Origin: Octopus vulgaris | Taxonomy: Eukaryota | Direction of reading: 5' to 3' | DNA length: 64,000 nt | NCBI GenBank assembly: GCA_951406725.2 | Contig: OX597814.1 | Coordinates: 28,272,001 to 28,336,000 of the forward strand | In this document: positions 13,821-29,550 of the stretch, one piece after another | Layout of the letters: each line of letters opens with the position of its first letter | Numbering within the stretch: position 1 is the first letter of the stretch | Notes under the pieces: generated by a model | Databases searched by the model: none | Told to the model about the DNA's origin: nothing | The model's input: only the letters and a program-made list of their open reading frames with translations | Made by a program: the position numbers and the translations under genes

Positions 13821-14101
13821 TATATTACTGACTGCAATTTTCCTTTTCACTTGAATGTTATTGTACTAAACTTTAATGTTTGTACAGCCAACATTTCAGT
13901 GATATTTAGTATCATTGGTGCAACCGGAGGAGTATTATCATGGAATTTGAAGTCCTTGGATTTCAAATGCATCGAACCTATGCTGATCCTGGTTTCCACG
14001 GCTGATGAGAGGATTTTCATTTTTATTTGTCCTTTTGCATTATAGTTTTCATGCTTCATTTCGATTTTAAAGGTATACCTATGAACAGATATATCTATAT
14101 A

Positions 14102-14626
14102 CAGGATCAGACAAAATGATCTGACACATTTGTAGGTTAAATAAAAGGCATTGTTTTTCGTTTCTTTTTCAGTTGCTGCCATGAATTGGACTGATGAGCA
14201 TCGCGCTTACATTGTGGAAACGTTTATCAAAACAAACGATTCTGTAACTGCAACACAAAGAGCGTTCCGTTTGCACTTCAATCTTGGTAGACATGATCCC
14301 GTACCAGCTCGAAACACGATCTTGTTATGGGTTACCAACTTCAGAGCTACTGGATCTGCATTGAAACGAAAATCAACCGGCCGACCAACTTAAAGATGCA
14401 ATTCGTCAAGAAATTACTGCCATTCCAAATGAAATGACCCGCCGAGTTATTGACAACTTTCGTGAACGCCTTCGACAGTGTGTGGACAATAATGGATCAT
14501 AATGAACATAATGAAACAAAATGGCATTATATGTACTTTTCAAAAATAAAAACACTTTTTTGTTTCTTTACTTCATTTGCCTTTTATTTAACCTACAAAT
14601 GTGTCAGATCATTTTGCCTGACCCTG
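14102..14626 (+). mobile_element. Internally deleted Tc1/mariner element (rosa/DD41D-like N-terminal HTH)
   Basis: 49-bp TIRs flanked by TA; MNWTDEHRAYIVETF...KRKSTGRP joined to the C-terminal QLKDAIRQEITAIPNEMTRRVIDNFRERLRQC. Confidence 0.88.
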
Positions 14627-15163
14627 TATATCATACATATATGCATATATAATATTGTTGCTATATTATATACATGCGTACATAATGTGCACACCGACCC
14701 CCATTTATATAATGTATATGAAATATATAATGTGTATATATGTATACATTGATATATGCATGTGTGCATATACAGAGAGAGAGAGAAAGAGAGAGAGGGG
14801 GAGTAAAGAGAAAGAAAGAAATAGGGGAGAGAGAGGAGAGAGAGAGGAAAGAGAGAGAAAACGAATAATGTGTTTTGAAATACAGACACAATATATATTT
14901 CATTTGATGTAGAACTCAATGCGTTGGAGGAAGTGGGTAAATGTGTTTATTATATGGAAATATGATAATCTACATTGCATTTCGCCCTTGGCTGGTCACG
15001 ACTGTCGTGCCCAACCAAGGGCAAAATAGCTATGTGTATATATATATATATTAACGATCATGTATTGTATATCTGAGTGTGTGTGAGTATATATACATAT
15101 ATATATATTTAAATATATATATATGCAGACACACATACATACACACACACGCACACATACACG

Positions 15164-15218
<55 letters not shown>

Positions 15219-15354
15219 GTATATTTACATGCTTATGTACACAAGGAAGGATTTAATGGATGACGGAAGCAACATGCTTTCCCCAACTTTGATACCAAGC
15301 AGGTGGCATGTCAAAATTAACTATAACTTAAAAAGAGAAAAAGAAAACATACCG

Positions 15355-15414
<60 letters not shown>

Positions 15415-15797
15415 ATATACGCACACACATTAAACATTGGGAGTTTAAAGCCTGTTGAGTCAATAAAGCTAAAATATTCACCAATGCAATGTGCCAAGCA
15501 TTTTATATCTCTCAAGCCTCACATTTAAGGCGGTGAAGGCGGTTAACATGCGTAAATGGCTTGATAAAATATAAAGGGACAACGATAGGATAAAAAAGAA
15601 AAAATAGATAATAAACTGGCGAAAATAAACCGTCATTTTCTTTGGCAAAAAATCCACCGCTTGATAGTCTTTTGAACTATTGTATACATACATACATACA
15701 TACATACATACATACATACAATAGACAGAAAGACAAACATAGATATACATACAAACGTATATACATACAATCATACATACACACACATGCATATATG

Positions 15798-15920
<123 letters not shown>

Positions 15921-16094
15921 TATGTAGTAATGGTAAGACAACAAAAGAATGAAAGAGACCTCTATATTATGCAAATAGAGGAATTTATTTGTATGTGACA
16001 ATTATTCGGTTGCCATAATAAGACATTGAGTTTCGGATGTCGGGACGGAAACCTGCTCCGGCATCACACAAGCACACACAGACATACACACACG

Positions 16095-16137
<43 letters not shown>

Positions 16138-16571
16138 GGTTGGGTGGGAGAGAAATTTCCAAGCTAGATGTTTTTTGTTTTTCAAAATAGTGCATAAGCC
16201 CTGAAATAGATACTGGACAAGCGTTTAGCAAGGTTTTAAAATAAAGCTGCATTTTTATAAACCCTTATGCGCTATGTTGTGTCATAAACGATGTAGTCCG
16301 AAATGAATTGCAGATGTCATAGACACAAAACATATCAGCATGTTGAAAAAGGAAGTGATTCTCCAATATATGTGGTACATACAACCACTGGATATGTGAT
16401 ATCTAGAGATAGCATTTAACCAGGGGTAAAACGATCTCTTTAATTTTACATTTATATTTGCCATTTCAAGCTTCTGCTTGGTCACTCGATCTGCTACAAA
16501 TAGGAGTTAAAGTTTCTTCCTAAACACACCCTACCGGCTTACATAAAGATAGAATGACTTAGATAGGGTAA

Positions 16572-16965
16572 TCTTTATATATAAAAGTGAGGTTGTGTGC
16601 TGTCTGTCTCCTACGATTTAGATTCCTAACTACTCCCACATTTTGCGGTGCAGTTTAACCAAAACCGGGTATCTTATGGTCGTAATTCATATCGAGCCCT
16701 TCTGGGTATTAGCGCGCGTCTACGATGAGTCTACGATTTTAAAATAAATTTACCGTCAATTTTCCCATTTTTAATGCATTTTGGCATATATAAGGGAAGT
16801 AACTCTCTAAAAATTTATTATTAAATCTCAGAACGTAAAAAGCTACAGTAACCCCCCCCCTTTGTGGTTAGCCATATTGAGATGGCTATTATACTTTACA
16901 TCTCTAAAAATGCTTATATAGTTATTTCCCTTACAAACCCGAGCAACGCCGGGCGATACTGCTAG
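16572..16965 (+). mobile_element. Non-autonomous Helitron
   Basis: A|TC ... hairpin ... CTAG|T; homologous to 1470-1865. Confidence 0.85.
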
Positions 16966-17175
16966 TCCTATATAAATCGAAAGTGAGTGTATTGTCATGG
17001 TTTCGATTGCATTGATCATAAGTTTGCTCAATCAAGATCGATCTGGGGGGGGGGAACAATAGTAATAACCAAACCGCCGTATTATAATTATTTAGAAAAT
17101 GAGCGTTCGCATGTTCACACACACATACGAGGGAGGGTGTTGGGGGATGAGAGAGAAAGAAGAAAAACCCAAGAA

Positions 17176-17349
17176 AGGCGCAGGAGTGGCTGTGTGGTAA
17201 GTAGCTCGCTTATCAACCACATGGTTCCGGGTTCAGTCCCACTGTGTTGGCACCTTGTGCAAGTATCTTTTGCTATAGCCTCGGGCCGACCAAAGCCTTG
17301 TGAGTGGATTTGGTAGACGGAAACTGAAAGAAGCCCGTCGTATATATGC

Positions 17350-17390
<41 letters not shown>

Positions 17391-17613
17391 ATTGTGTGTC
17401 TGTGTTTGTCCTCCCAGCATCGCTTGAGAACCGATGCTGGTGTGTTTACGCCTCCGTAACTTCGCAGTTCAGCAAAAGAGACCGATAGAATGAGTACTAG
17501 GCTTACAAAGAATAAATCCTGGGTCCGATTTTTCTCGACTAAAGGTGGTGCTCCAGCATGGCCACAGTCAAATGACTGAAACAAGTAAAAGAGTAAAAAG
17601 AGTAAAGAGTAAA
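17176..17613 (+). mobile_element. SINE family B
   Basis: Full-length match. Confidence 0.9.
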
Positions 17614-18080
17614 GTGAGGTAATAGAAATAAGCGTATTAAAACTAGTAAAGCAGTAATAAGATTCCGTGATAAATGTACAATTTAAAGACGAAGAAGGAA
17701 GGACAAAGTCACACTCTGAAAAGAAATCGAGAAAGAAGAGCAGATATAAAGACTCATACCGCCAATACAGAGAGAGCTAATCAAAATTCAAATAAAGTGA
17801 AATGGTGAACAAAATTGAATAAACAGATTCAATTTTTTTCCTTCTCCAGTTACCGAAAAAAGTGAAATCAGTTTACCAAGTGTTCGTATTTTTTCCTACT
17901 AAATGCCTTTGAAGAACTCTTAGATAAAGAATAAACCTTTGATGCAAAGATGTTAGGAGTGAGGAATATAAATATTCAAAGGGGTATCTAAAGTAATTCA
18001 AGGGACCTCCGAAGAGATCGAAGATATTCAAATAAATTCAAATAAATTCAACACATACAAGTATAATATAGTTAGTCTGT

Positions 18081-18441
18081 GTGGAGGCGCAATGGCCCAG
18101 TGGTTAGGGCAGCGGACTCGCGGTCATAGGATCGCGGTTTCGATTCCCAGACCGGGCGTTGTGAGTGTTTATTGAGCGAAAACACCTAAAAGTTCCACGA
18201 GGCTCCGGCAGAGGATGGTGGTGATCCCTGCTGTACTCTTTCACCACAACTTTCTCTCACTCTTACTTCCTGTTTCTGTTGTACCTGTATTTCAAAGGGC
18301 CGGCATTGTCACTCTCTGTGTCACGCTGAATATCCCCGAGAACTACGTTAAGGGTACACGTGTCTGTGGAGTGCTCAGCCACTTACACGTTAATATCACG
18401 AGCAGGCTGTTCCGTAACCGACGGAGTGCTTCCATATACAT
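18081..18441 (+). mobile_element. SINE family C (tRNA-Arg-like head; possibly the octopus OR type)
   Basis: A-box TGGCCCAGTGG, B-box-like TTTCGATTCC; TSD TTAGTCTGT at 18072-18080 and 18442-18450. Confidence 0.9.
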
Positions 18442-18641
18442 TTAGTCTGTAGGGAAATTAAAGCTCAGTAAAATGGACATGTTTCAGTAAGGACATTTCG
18501 AAATGAACTCAAACCAAATATCTGACATGTTAAGTCAAAGACGTTTGTACGAAGATCTTTTTTTTTTCTATGGGTACATTAATGATACACTCTAATTCCT
18601 CTAGAATATAGTTTTACAAACTTGGAGTTTACAGACGGACT

Positions 18642-18700
<59 letters not shown>

Positions 18701-18898
18701 CTATGCGTGTCTGTGCGTGTAGGCGAAATGCATAACGACATTTCATCTGTCTTCACGTTCAAATTCCGCCGAGGTCGACTTTGCCTTTCATCCTACCGAA
18801 GTCGAGAAAATAAGTACTGGTTGGTTGAGTACTGGGGTTGATGTAATCCACTATTTCCCTCCCCCCAATTTTCAGGCTTTGAGCTTATAGTAGAAAAG

Positions 18899-18928
<30 letters not shown>

Positions 18929-18930
<2 letters not shown>

Positions 18931-19350
18931 GTCGTGATTCCCACAGAGCTTCCAATGGATTATTCTTGCCACATTATCATGGCATCGTTTGTATTCGCAT
19001 TGTGCCAATTTCGGGCATTCGCTGACGATGTGCAATACCTATTTTTTTACTACCCACAAGGGGCTAAACACAGAGAGGACAAACAAGGACAAACGGTTTA
19101 AGTCGGTTACATCGACCCCAGTGCGTAACTGGTACTTAATTTATCGACCCCGAAAGGATGAAAGGCAAAGTCGACCTCGGCGGAATTTGAACTCAGAACC
19201 TAACGGCAGACGAAATACGGCTACGCATTTCGCCCGGCGTGCTAACGGTTCTGCCAGCTCGCCGCCTTACCGTTTCACCCTTCTCACCAGACATTCTATA
19301 TTTGTGGCTATTGGTAGTGTTGTCAATTCTGCACTTCATATAATTGGTCC
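18929..19350 (-). mobile_element. RLE-type (R4/Dong-like) LINE fragment next to (TAA)n, interrupted by a SINE-A
   Basis: Reads GETVLHIVSECPKLAQCEYKRCHDNVARIIHWKLC (CCHC knuckle plus RHD-like motif) once the SINE is removed. Confidence 0.75.
19040..19269 (-). mobile_element. SINE family A monomer
   Basis: Reverse complement of family A. Confidence 0.9.
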
Positions 19351-19769
19351 TTAACGCTTTTTATCATCATCATCATCATCATCATCATCATTCTTAGACT
19401 TCTTCTTAGTAGTAGTAGTAGTAGTAGTTGTTGTTGTTGTTATAAGAATGACTACTAACTACTTCGCAATTATTACGAAAATACTCATTCTGTGCAATAA
19501 TATTCTATTAGCAGAAAGATCAATAAAAGTGAAAAAAGAAATCAAGTTTAATGGTATAATACAATGATAAATAACTACATCAAGAAAGAAAGACGCACTT
19601 GAATGTAAAAATCAAGGCAAATATTAAAAATGTAGTATATTATGTATATATATATATCAATATTAAAGTTCATTATACTTTCAAGTGTCCTCCATTTTAT
19701 CTATCTATCTATCAGTCTCTTTGTCTGTCTGTATGTCTGTCCATCTGCCTACGTGCCTGCCTGTCTGTC

Positions 19770-19832
<63 letters not shown>

Positions 19833-19912
19833 GTTTCAACATGTGACCTCGTGAGCACCGCCAGCAATTTTTTTACTCTGTCTTCCCTTCTCGGGATCTT
19901 TCCTTCTCCTTT

Positions 19913-19947
19913 GTTTCCGACGAAGAGCTCCGCTCGAAACGTTAAAC
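19913..19947 (+). ncRNA. Minimal hammerhead-like motif (Penelope type)
   Basis: GTTT-CCGACGA-A-GAGC-TCC-GCTC-GAAA-CG-TT-AAAC; stems I and II pair, ACGT palindromic stem III, U4C core variant. Confidence 0.6.
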
Positions 19948-20048
19948 CCTCCTTCTTCCCTTCTTTCCTGAGCGTCCAATAATACTTTATTTGTTCCACG
20001 TCCTCGCGTTGCTGTGTTTTTTTTTGTGTTTTTTTGTTTGGATTAACT

Positions 20049-20079
<31 letters not shown>

Positions 20080-20168
20080 GTATCTATATTTACGCACACA
20101 CATACACACACGTATGTATATATGTCAATTTATCTATCATTACTCACGCACTCATTCACACACACACA

Positions 20169-20237
<69 letters not shown>

Positions 20238-20749
20238 ATACATATGCATGTATATATTTAATTTTTCTCTCACTTTTATTTTAACTCTCTCCGTCTTTTC
20301 TGTAGAAGAGCGTAGACTCAAAATATGAAAAACTTCTTCCATTTTTTCCTGAGTTTCAAATTAATACTCAATGTTTGTTGTTCTCTCGCTTGTCTCTGTC
20401 TTTTGTTTTTTGTTTAGAAAAATTCCTTTGCTAATGTTTTTAACTAAGTTTTTAAACACTATGGTGGGGATGGTAGGAACCCACATTAATATAAATAAGT
20501 CTATCGTTGGGCTAAGGATACATCTAGGAAATTGACAACCGTCAGGCTGGTATCTGTAGTTATGCTAAGACCGAAAGTTTAGTATAATTTGTATTTAAAA
20601 TGTAGCCGCTAATATACAGTTTATTTTCTGATGGTTAATTATTGTAAATAATTGAATCCGCTGCAGATTTAAAAATATTACAGTTAAGGGAACGCAAAGT
20701 GTGAATGGTTTACGTTATTCTTTATTGATTTTGTTGATATGTATAAATA

Positions 20750-21058
20750 TCGCGTGATCACGTGATCGACCAGACTATTGGATATGATATTGTCATACAT
20801 CTCTGGTCACAATGCGCTTTGCGTCGTTTTTTTTGTTTTTAGCTTTCGAATGATGCCACCCTGCTGTCCAAGTGAGCAGGCCAACATTGCTCCCCTAACT
20901 GGAAGTCTAGTCCATCACAGGGTTACCCATTTTGTAACAGAATGGAGTGGAGCAACGTGAAATGAAGTGTTTTGCTCAAAAACACAACGCGCCGCTCAGT
21001 CCGGAAATCGAACCCACGATTTGACGATCGTGAGTGCAACATCCTAACCACTAGTCCA
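20750..21058 (-). mobile_element. SINE with family D-like head/core and tail F
   Basis: tRNA-like head GGTTCGATTTCC, TTGAGCAAAACACTT core; tail shared with 9241-9358. Confidence 0.75.
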
Positions 21059-21538
21059 CTTGAATAAATATAATATAATCTTTTCTACTCTATGCACAAG
21101 GCCTGAAATTTTTTTTTGGCGGGGGACCAGTCGATTAGCTCGACCCTAATACGCAGCTGGTACTTAATTCATCGACTTCAAAAGGATGAAAGGCAAAGTC
21201 GACCTCGGCAGAATTTGAACTCCGAACGTAAAGACAGACGAACATGAGTAAATACAATATAACATAAATAGCTACGACAAGCACATTTACAAACATTGCC
21301 CATGATTGAGGAAATGTGGACAAGATTGCTTACTGTAATTGAACCTCGTACCAGTAGAATAACTGGTAAATTGGCTCACATTTGATACTTTTATTAAAAA
21401 TCTTTACGCGTTTCATTTTTAACCCTATATAGTTAGATTGGAACAATAAATTTCTTGTATCTCTCAACACGTTCTATATTTCCTCGGTTTTATCTTCAGG
21501 CTGAAATTCTTAGTTGGCGTTCCTTTTAATTACCACGT

Positions 21539-21593
<55 letters not shown>

Positions 21594-21927
21594 ACAATGG
21601 AGTTGAACTAGGGACAGCTGATGAAGGGGGATTTTTCCTTGTGTAGTTGTCTTGTACTCTGTTTCTTCGTTGTTAAAAAAATGGTCCGTTCCATGCTGTT
21701 TTTACTTTTTCGTTTCTCGTTGAGTTCTACGTCTATTTGTGGTGTCCTGTTCACACGTATATATATTTATATATGCATGTATATATACATGTAGATGTAG
21801 GTACGTACATATATGTTTGTATGTATGCATATATTTTATTTATTACACTATTGTATGACTGAGCGCCCTCACGTCGATTCGATTCGAATCGTTTCGTTTC
21901 GTTTCGTTTCTTCATCTTCTCTAAGCT

Positions 21928-22002
<75 letters not shown>

Positions 22003-22844
22003 TTAAATCCTTAAAAATGTTTCAGCCCGAAGGCTGCGGCCATGCTGGGGCACGGGTGGAAGTAATCATAGAAATGATGTTATTAATGATATCGTCATTG
22101 CTAGATTTATAATTCAGTTGAATTTCATCATTTAACATACTTCGAATATCAATTCATTCTATTTTTAGATATGAATTTTACGATAAGGAATAATTCACGA
22201 AGTACATTCATATACCTTGAAATCACCAACGATTGCCTTTTTATTCACAGAGATAATATGAGCCGATATTTATATGAAATGTCAGTCGTAGAAGCCTTAA
22301 GATAAGCCTTTTGTTTTTTTGCTGAGATTCAAAATGCTTAAAAAAACTAACAAAAATCAACGGAGCGCTAAAGAGTTAAATATGGGTTTCAGATATTTGC
22401 ACAAGCAATTTCGGGGCACGGGAGAGTCGATTATATCGACCCCAGTGCTCATCTGATACTTACTTTATCGACCCGAAAAGCAAAGTTACCCACGGCGGAA
22501 TTTGAACGCAGAAGGTAAGGACCAACGAAATGTCACTAATTATTTTGCTTGGCGTGCTAACGGTTCAGACAACTCGCCGTCTTTGATGAGTTAAATATTA
22601 GATACCCAAAGAAATTTGTAGACAAAGCTGAGAACAAAAAAACAAAATGATAACAAGTTCACTTTCCCCAAAATATAGCAGTTAAAACCATACAAACCAC
22701 ACAGAGTGCTTAACCTTGCATCAACCAAATACATCATAGTAATAAACAGATGAATACGTTATTAAAAAAATAGCAATAAACTCATAAAACAGAACAATTG
22801 TATGCGTTACACCCAATGACATTCAATAGTAAGAATATGTAATC

Positions 22845-23262
22845 AGGAGTGGCTGTGTGGTAAGTAGGTTGTTTACCAACCACATGGTTCCGGGTTCAGT
22901 CCCACTGTGTGGCACCTTGGGCAAGTGTCTTCTGCTATAGCCTCGGGCCGACCAAAGCCTTGTGAGTGGATTTGGTAGACGGAAACTGAAAGAAGCCCGT
23001 CGTATATATGTATATATATATATATATGCGTGTGTGTGTTTGTGTGTCTGTGATTGTCTCCCTAGCATTGCTTGACAACCGATGCTGGTGTGTTTATGTC
23101 CCCGTTAATTAACGTTTCGGCAAAAGAGACCGATAGAATAAGTACTGGGCTTACAAAAGAATAAGTCCCGGGGTCGAGTTGCTCGATTTAAGGCGGTGCT
23201 CCAGCATGGCCGCAGTCAACTGACTGAAACAAGTAAAAGAGTAAAAGAGTAAAAAGAGTAAG
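22845..23262 (+). mobile_element. SINE family B
   Basis: Full-length match. Confidence 0.9.
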
Positions 23263-24849
23263 CAAAGATTTTAAAAATATCTTTCTCAATACGAAATCAG
23301 AATTCTCTGGACCGCAGAACTTAGGTTGGGCAGCGATTGCAAGATACAAACTACTCTTTAAATATGAAAACTTGTAAACTTCGTGATTCAATTGTTACGT
23401 TGAACATAAAAATATGACACTTTCTAACCAGTTGATCATGCGTTTTCAACAAAGAACTATTGCATCATGTTACTTTACAAAACACAAAGGAAAACTAGAC
23501 TATTGTGCTAGAGTTGATAACACAACGAATTTATATTTAATTTCCTAAAAAAAAAAATTAGAAGATTGGCATGGAGGTTCGATCAATCAGTTGAATTCAT
23601 TTTCAATATATTTTTACATCGAAGAGTGGCACCTCGGTCAGGGGGGTCATCCATCAGCAAAAATTATATGACGCTGTTTCAATTTTACCATCTAAAGTGT
23701 TCAAGAATAAATTCAATCATAATACTCTTAAATTAAGTTTCTAAACACATATTAATTAAACAGAAGCTGTATTCCTTTTTACACAACCATAACTTATTAT
23801 ATACACACACAGAGACACATTCCGTATGTAATATACACATGTATGCATGATGTGCTTTACACATAGTATATGAAGTGGTCTGGCGCAAATATAAACCTTA
23901 ATGTAAATGTACAAACACTTCAGTTTATGTATCAGAGCCAAGAATTTACTATAACTATCAGATCCATTATGTATGTACATGTATAAGCATGTATAAGTAT
24001 ATATAAGTATAGGTATATATATGTGTGTGTGTATGTGCGTGCATATACATACATATATATATTTGTAATATATTATATAAAAATAATAATATATTGCATG
24101 CATCTGTCTGCATATCAATGTTACGTACAAACACTGTTTCGGCTGAAGTATCAGAGCCAATTTTATAACTACAAATACATATTAGATTCTGAAAGCTAGA
24201 CTTCTTGACTTCATATCTGAGATCCCATCCTGCATACAACCACATTCTTGCATATACATACATATATATATTGTGTGAGTGGGGTGAAATGATGCATAAA
24301 ATGTATAAATATATTTCAAATAAAAATGCTAATTTCTTATATTATTTCAACGATTGGTTTATATCACCTAATGTTTGAGAAGTTGTTTTTAGAATCCTAA
24401 GGAGGTTGTTTGTTCCTTCTCTATACAATAAGGCATTCCCTTTTTCGTATATTCAGGACTGAGAAGAAAAGAGGAAGAAAGTTTAAAAGAACAAAACATT
24501 ACTCTGACATCACAAGAACATTGAATATTCGAACACACGCGATCCCTCGACCGCGAGCTCGCTGCTCTAACCACTAGGCCATGTTCCTCCAGAATGTTCC
24601 TGAAGGTTAGAATAAAGTAAATCTGTACATTTCCCCCTTTATATTGGCATTTTCGAAATTCTGTTTATTTATTTCACAATGACATTGGCCATAGTCCTTG
24701 CTAATTTCTATTTAGTTATATAGCACACTCATTGAATAAATACATCAATTAGACGAATTACAATGTACCTTCGATGGTTCATGTATATCAAATGATTACA
24801 CACCTACACACACCATGCACGTGTGAGTGTCTGTGTGTGAGTATTTGTG

Positions 24850-24895
<46 letters not shown>

Positions 24896-24916
24896 TTCAT
24901 ACAATACACACACACA

Positions 24917-24977
<61 letters not shown>

Positions 24978-25639
24978 AAATGCATGCACTCAAGTGTGTA
25001 CATGCATGCGTACCTACGTATATGAATATCAACACACTTGTTTAGCCATTCACACATTTTTCTCACAAAACAAATATTATGAATTCGATGTGCGTGTAAA
25101 CTATTGATCTTCTTTCGATTCTTCATTGATCGGATGCAGTCATCACCATGCCTGGCTAACTACTAACTGCACACTTCTTTTGATATAACCATTAATTATT
25201 TAGGCACTGGGATTGCGTGCGAGAATCGAACTGTATTGGGGGTGAAGAGTATCGATCAATAATTTTCAACGTGTAATCTACAAATTGTGATTTATTTATA
25301 TTTATTTATTTATTTAGTTTTTATTTTATGTTTTTTCTTTCATTTTTGATTTACGCTAAAAATCAGTGTTTATAGTATCAATCAATTTTCGTTTGAGAAG
25401 TTCGATTTTTAAACCTCTCTAAAACAGGAGGTTTTAATGTTCTTATTCAGATACATACACACATACAGACTTACATTCCCGTGTAATTATCTGTATATTT
25501 TATTATAAATTCATATGATATTGTTATATTTATATTGATTATGGATATGAATATTTTTAAACATGTACACACAAACATACTCTAAGACATACGTACTAAT
25601 ATTTATAAATTAGAATACGTACAATCACACGCATACACA

Positions 25640-26575
<936 letters not shown>

Positions 26576-27075
26576 GTATAGGTATGTATAAACGGAAATC
26601 TAGTGTAAATTCTATACAATAAAAAAAAAACTGGATCACTATATATTTCCGCTATACACGCCTCTGTTTCTCCACTGTATATATATGAGTCTAATCGTGT
26701 TTGCTTTTGAATGAGTGAGTATGTGTTTGTGCATAATTGTTGGTGCGTTTGTGTACTTACACCTGTGGGTGTGTATGTATGAAATCTTATGAGTTGCTGC
26801 AAAAGAACTAGGTTTATGTGTAGTGCTCACTGTGTGTACATATGTGTTGATGTGTGTGGTAACGTGTGTATGTATGCGCTTGAATGTGTTCGTATATGAG
26901 CCTGCGGTATGTCTGGCTGTGTATATAATCTGTGGGTGTTCTCATATTCGCACGGTTAAACAAATGAAGGTGTAGAGAGAATTTTTTTTGTTCTTTTTTT
27001 TACTTGCAAGTTCGAACATGAAAGTTAACTCACACGCACGTATATACAAGTATGTGCACATATAACATATACCCA

Positions 27076-27112
<37 letters not shown>

Positions 27113-27187
27113 GCGTCGTGTATATGTATATACATTGCACACACATATAGCTATAGATATGCATACATATATTTGTGTGTGTGTGTA

Positions 27188-27223
<36 letters not shown>

Positions 27224-27718
27224 CGTATATATATATATATGCATATATATGTATATGTATGTATACATACAACTATAGCTATCTCTCTCTCTCCCTCCCC
27301 TCTCTCTCTCTATATATATTTGAGTGTGTTTATTTGCACGTATCTCTGCATATTTCTGTGTATGCGTGTATGTGCGTGTTAATTTAAATATGCATGTGCA
27401 CACACACACACACACGCACAAACACACACACACACACACACAAACACATACACACACGCATATATATATATATACGTATATATATGAATATTTATATCTG
27501 AGTATCTATGTATATGAATATTTATATCTGAGTATCTATGTATGTGTGTGTGTGTATATGTGCGTGTGTGTGTGTGTATGTGTGTGTGTACATGTAGGGA
27601 GTAAAGCATTGCCTACAAAGCACTTGAAGCGGTTTTAGTAAGAAGCTGGTGTGCATGGAGAAGATCCCAATCACTGCACACCGTAGAACCAGGAGGAAAA
27701 ACGTAAACTGGTTTAATC

Positions 27719-27769
<51 letters not shown>

Positions 27770-27822
27770 ATATACATACATATAATCATTATATAACTTG
27801 AACGTTATCAGGAAGAGAGCCA

Positions 27823-27927
27823 CGATCTTTCTAGCTTTAGTATGATACCACTTCTCTTCAAGCAACAATCTCAATAAACATTTGAACGCTCACAACGTGA
27901 ACGTCAGCTATTCTTGCTTGGAAAATA
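27823..27927 (+). mobile_element. Ancient Penelope-like ORF fragment
   Basis: Reads FLALV*YHFSSSNNLNKHLNAHNVNVSYSCLEN, resembling the PLE linker motif FLxLIDKHF...FNRNTVKVSYSCMxN. Confidence 0.6.
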
Positions 27928-28142
27928 CCGTTTTCCCGATCACTGACTACAGTGGAATGCACATATCCACACAGGCATGAGTCAACATCTAACTTGAAGC
28001 ACAAAATCTTTCCTGACTTTTCAAACTCTGTCTGTCTGAAGCAATTTGATACTGAGTAATCACAACAAACTGGATCGTATTAGTAATAATTTCAAAAGAT
28101 TTGCTGTGTATACTTTCAAGAGGCGTTCCTATCAACTACTTT

Positions 28143-28529
28143 GTGGAAGCACTGCGTCGGTTACGACGACGAGGGTTCCGGTTGATCCGATCAACGGAAC
28201 AGCCTGCTCGTGAAATTAACGTGTAAGTGGCTGAGCACTCCACAGACACGTGTACCCTTAACGTAGTTCTCGGGGATATTCAGCGTGACTCAGAGAGTGA
28301 CAAGGTCGGCCCTTTGAAATACAGGTACAACAGAAACAGGAAGTAAGAGTGAGAGAAAGTTGTGGTGAAAGAGTACAGCAGGGATCACCACCATCCCCTG
28401 CCGGAGCCTCCTGGAGCTTTAGGTGTTTTCGCTCAATAAACACTCACAACGCCCGGTCTGGGAATCGAAACCGCGATCCTACGACCGCGAGTCCGCTGCC
28501 CTAACCACTGAGCCATTGCGCCTCCACTT
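28143..28529 (-). mobile_element. SINE family C, full length
   Basis: TSD TATCAACTACTTT at 28130-28142 and 28530-28542. Confidence 0.93.
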
Positions 28530-29006
28530 TATCAACTACTTTACTCATCTAAATAAAAATACATGAAAAACCGTTGCACCTGGAAACTCAGAGACCAATT
28601 ATATGAACGCCTTCCAATAACAAAGCAAACCCTGGATGAAGCTACTCTATACCATTACAGATCACAAATCCTCAAGTTTTGTCTAACGGGAAAAGAAATT
28701 ATTAATAAAATAGTCAGGGATGATATTTAAGTTAGAGATATTGTATAACTGTCGTCATCGGAGACTTCTTCAGGATACCATACTTATATTCAGGATACAG
28801 GTACTTATATTTATGTTCTATTATACGTATTCTACTTATTGTATAACATTTACTATTTTATGTACACTCCTTCATGTACACTGCTTTACTCTGCATTATT
28901 ATGTTTAACCTTATAGTTTCTTATATAGTGGTTTAATAAAGTATGTGATTGAGTATTATCTGGTAATTGATATTTGATTTCGATGCATTTCTCCATTTTC
29001 TTATTT

Positions 29007-29040
<34 letters not shown>

Positions 29041-29069
29041 ATTGCAAATATATATATAATACACGTATA

Positions 29070-29550
29070 CTTTTATTCTTTTACTTGTTTCAGTTATGTA
29101 ACTGCGGCCATGCTGGAGCACCGCCTTATATTTTTCTTTAATTCTTTTACTTGTTTCAGTCATTTGGCTGTGATCATGCTGGGGGCACCGTCTTGAAGAA
29201 TTTTAGCTGACGAATCGACCTCAGTACTTATTCTTTTGTTAAGTCTGGTACTTATTCTATCGGTCTCTTTGCTGAACCCTTAAGTTACGGTGACAGAAAC
29301 ACACCACCACCGGCTTTCAAGCAGTGGTGGGGTTAAGTACACACACACGCATGCACACACACACACACACACATGCCCGTACACACACATACGACGAGCT
29401 TCTTTCTGTTTCCGTCCAGCACATCCACTCACAAGGCTTTGGTCAGCCTGAGGCTATAGCAGAAGACACTTGCCCAAGGTGCCACGCAGTGGGAATGACC
29501 CCGGAACCATGTGGTTGGGAAAAAAAACTTCTTACCAGGCAGCCATACCT
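29070..29550 (-). mobile_element. SINE family B, diverged, with an extra isolated tail
   Basis: Similarity to consensus; tail motif occurs twice. Confidence 0.8.

Noticed and set aside
18083-18155. tRNA-like sequences at SINE heads (also 28455-28526, 31943-32015, 51235-51299)
   Set aside because: They continue into SINE bodies, most with TSDs, and lack a proper cloverleaf and terminator, so they are not tRNA genes.
21614-21650. CTGATGA boxes at 21618 and 14002 and CTGAGGA near 51343 as hammerheads
   Set aside because: No correctly placed GAAA, stem III or cleavage triplet could be found.
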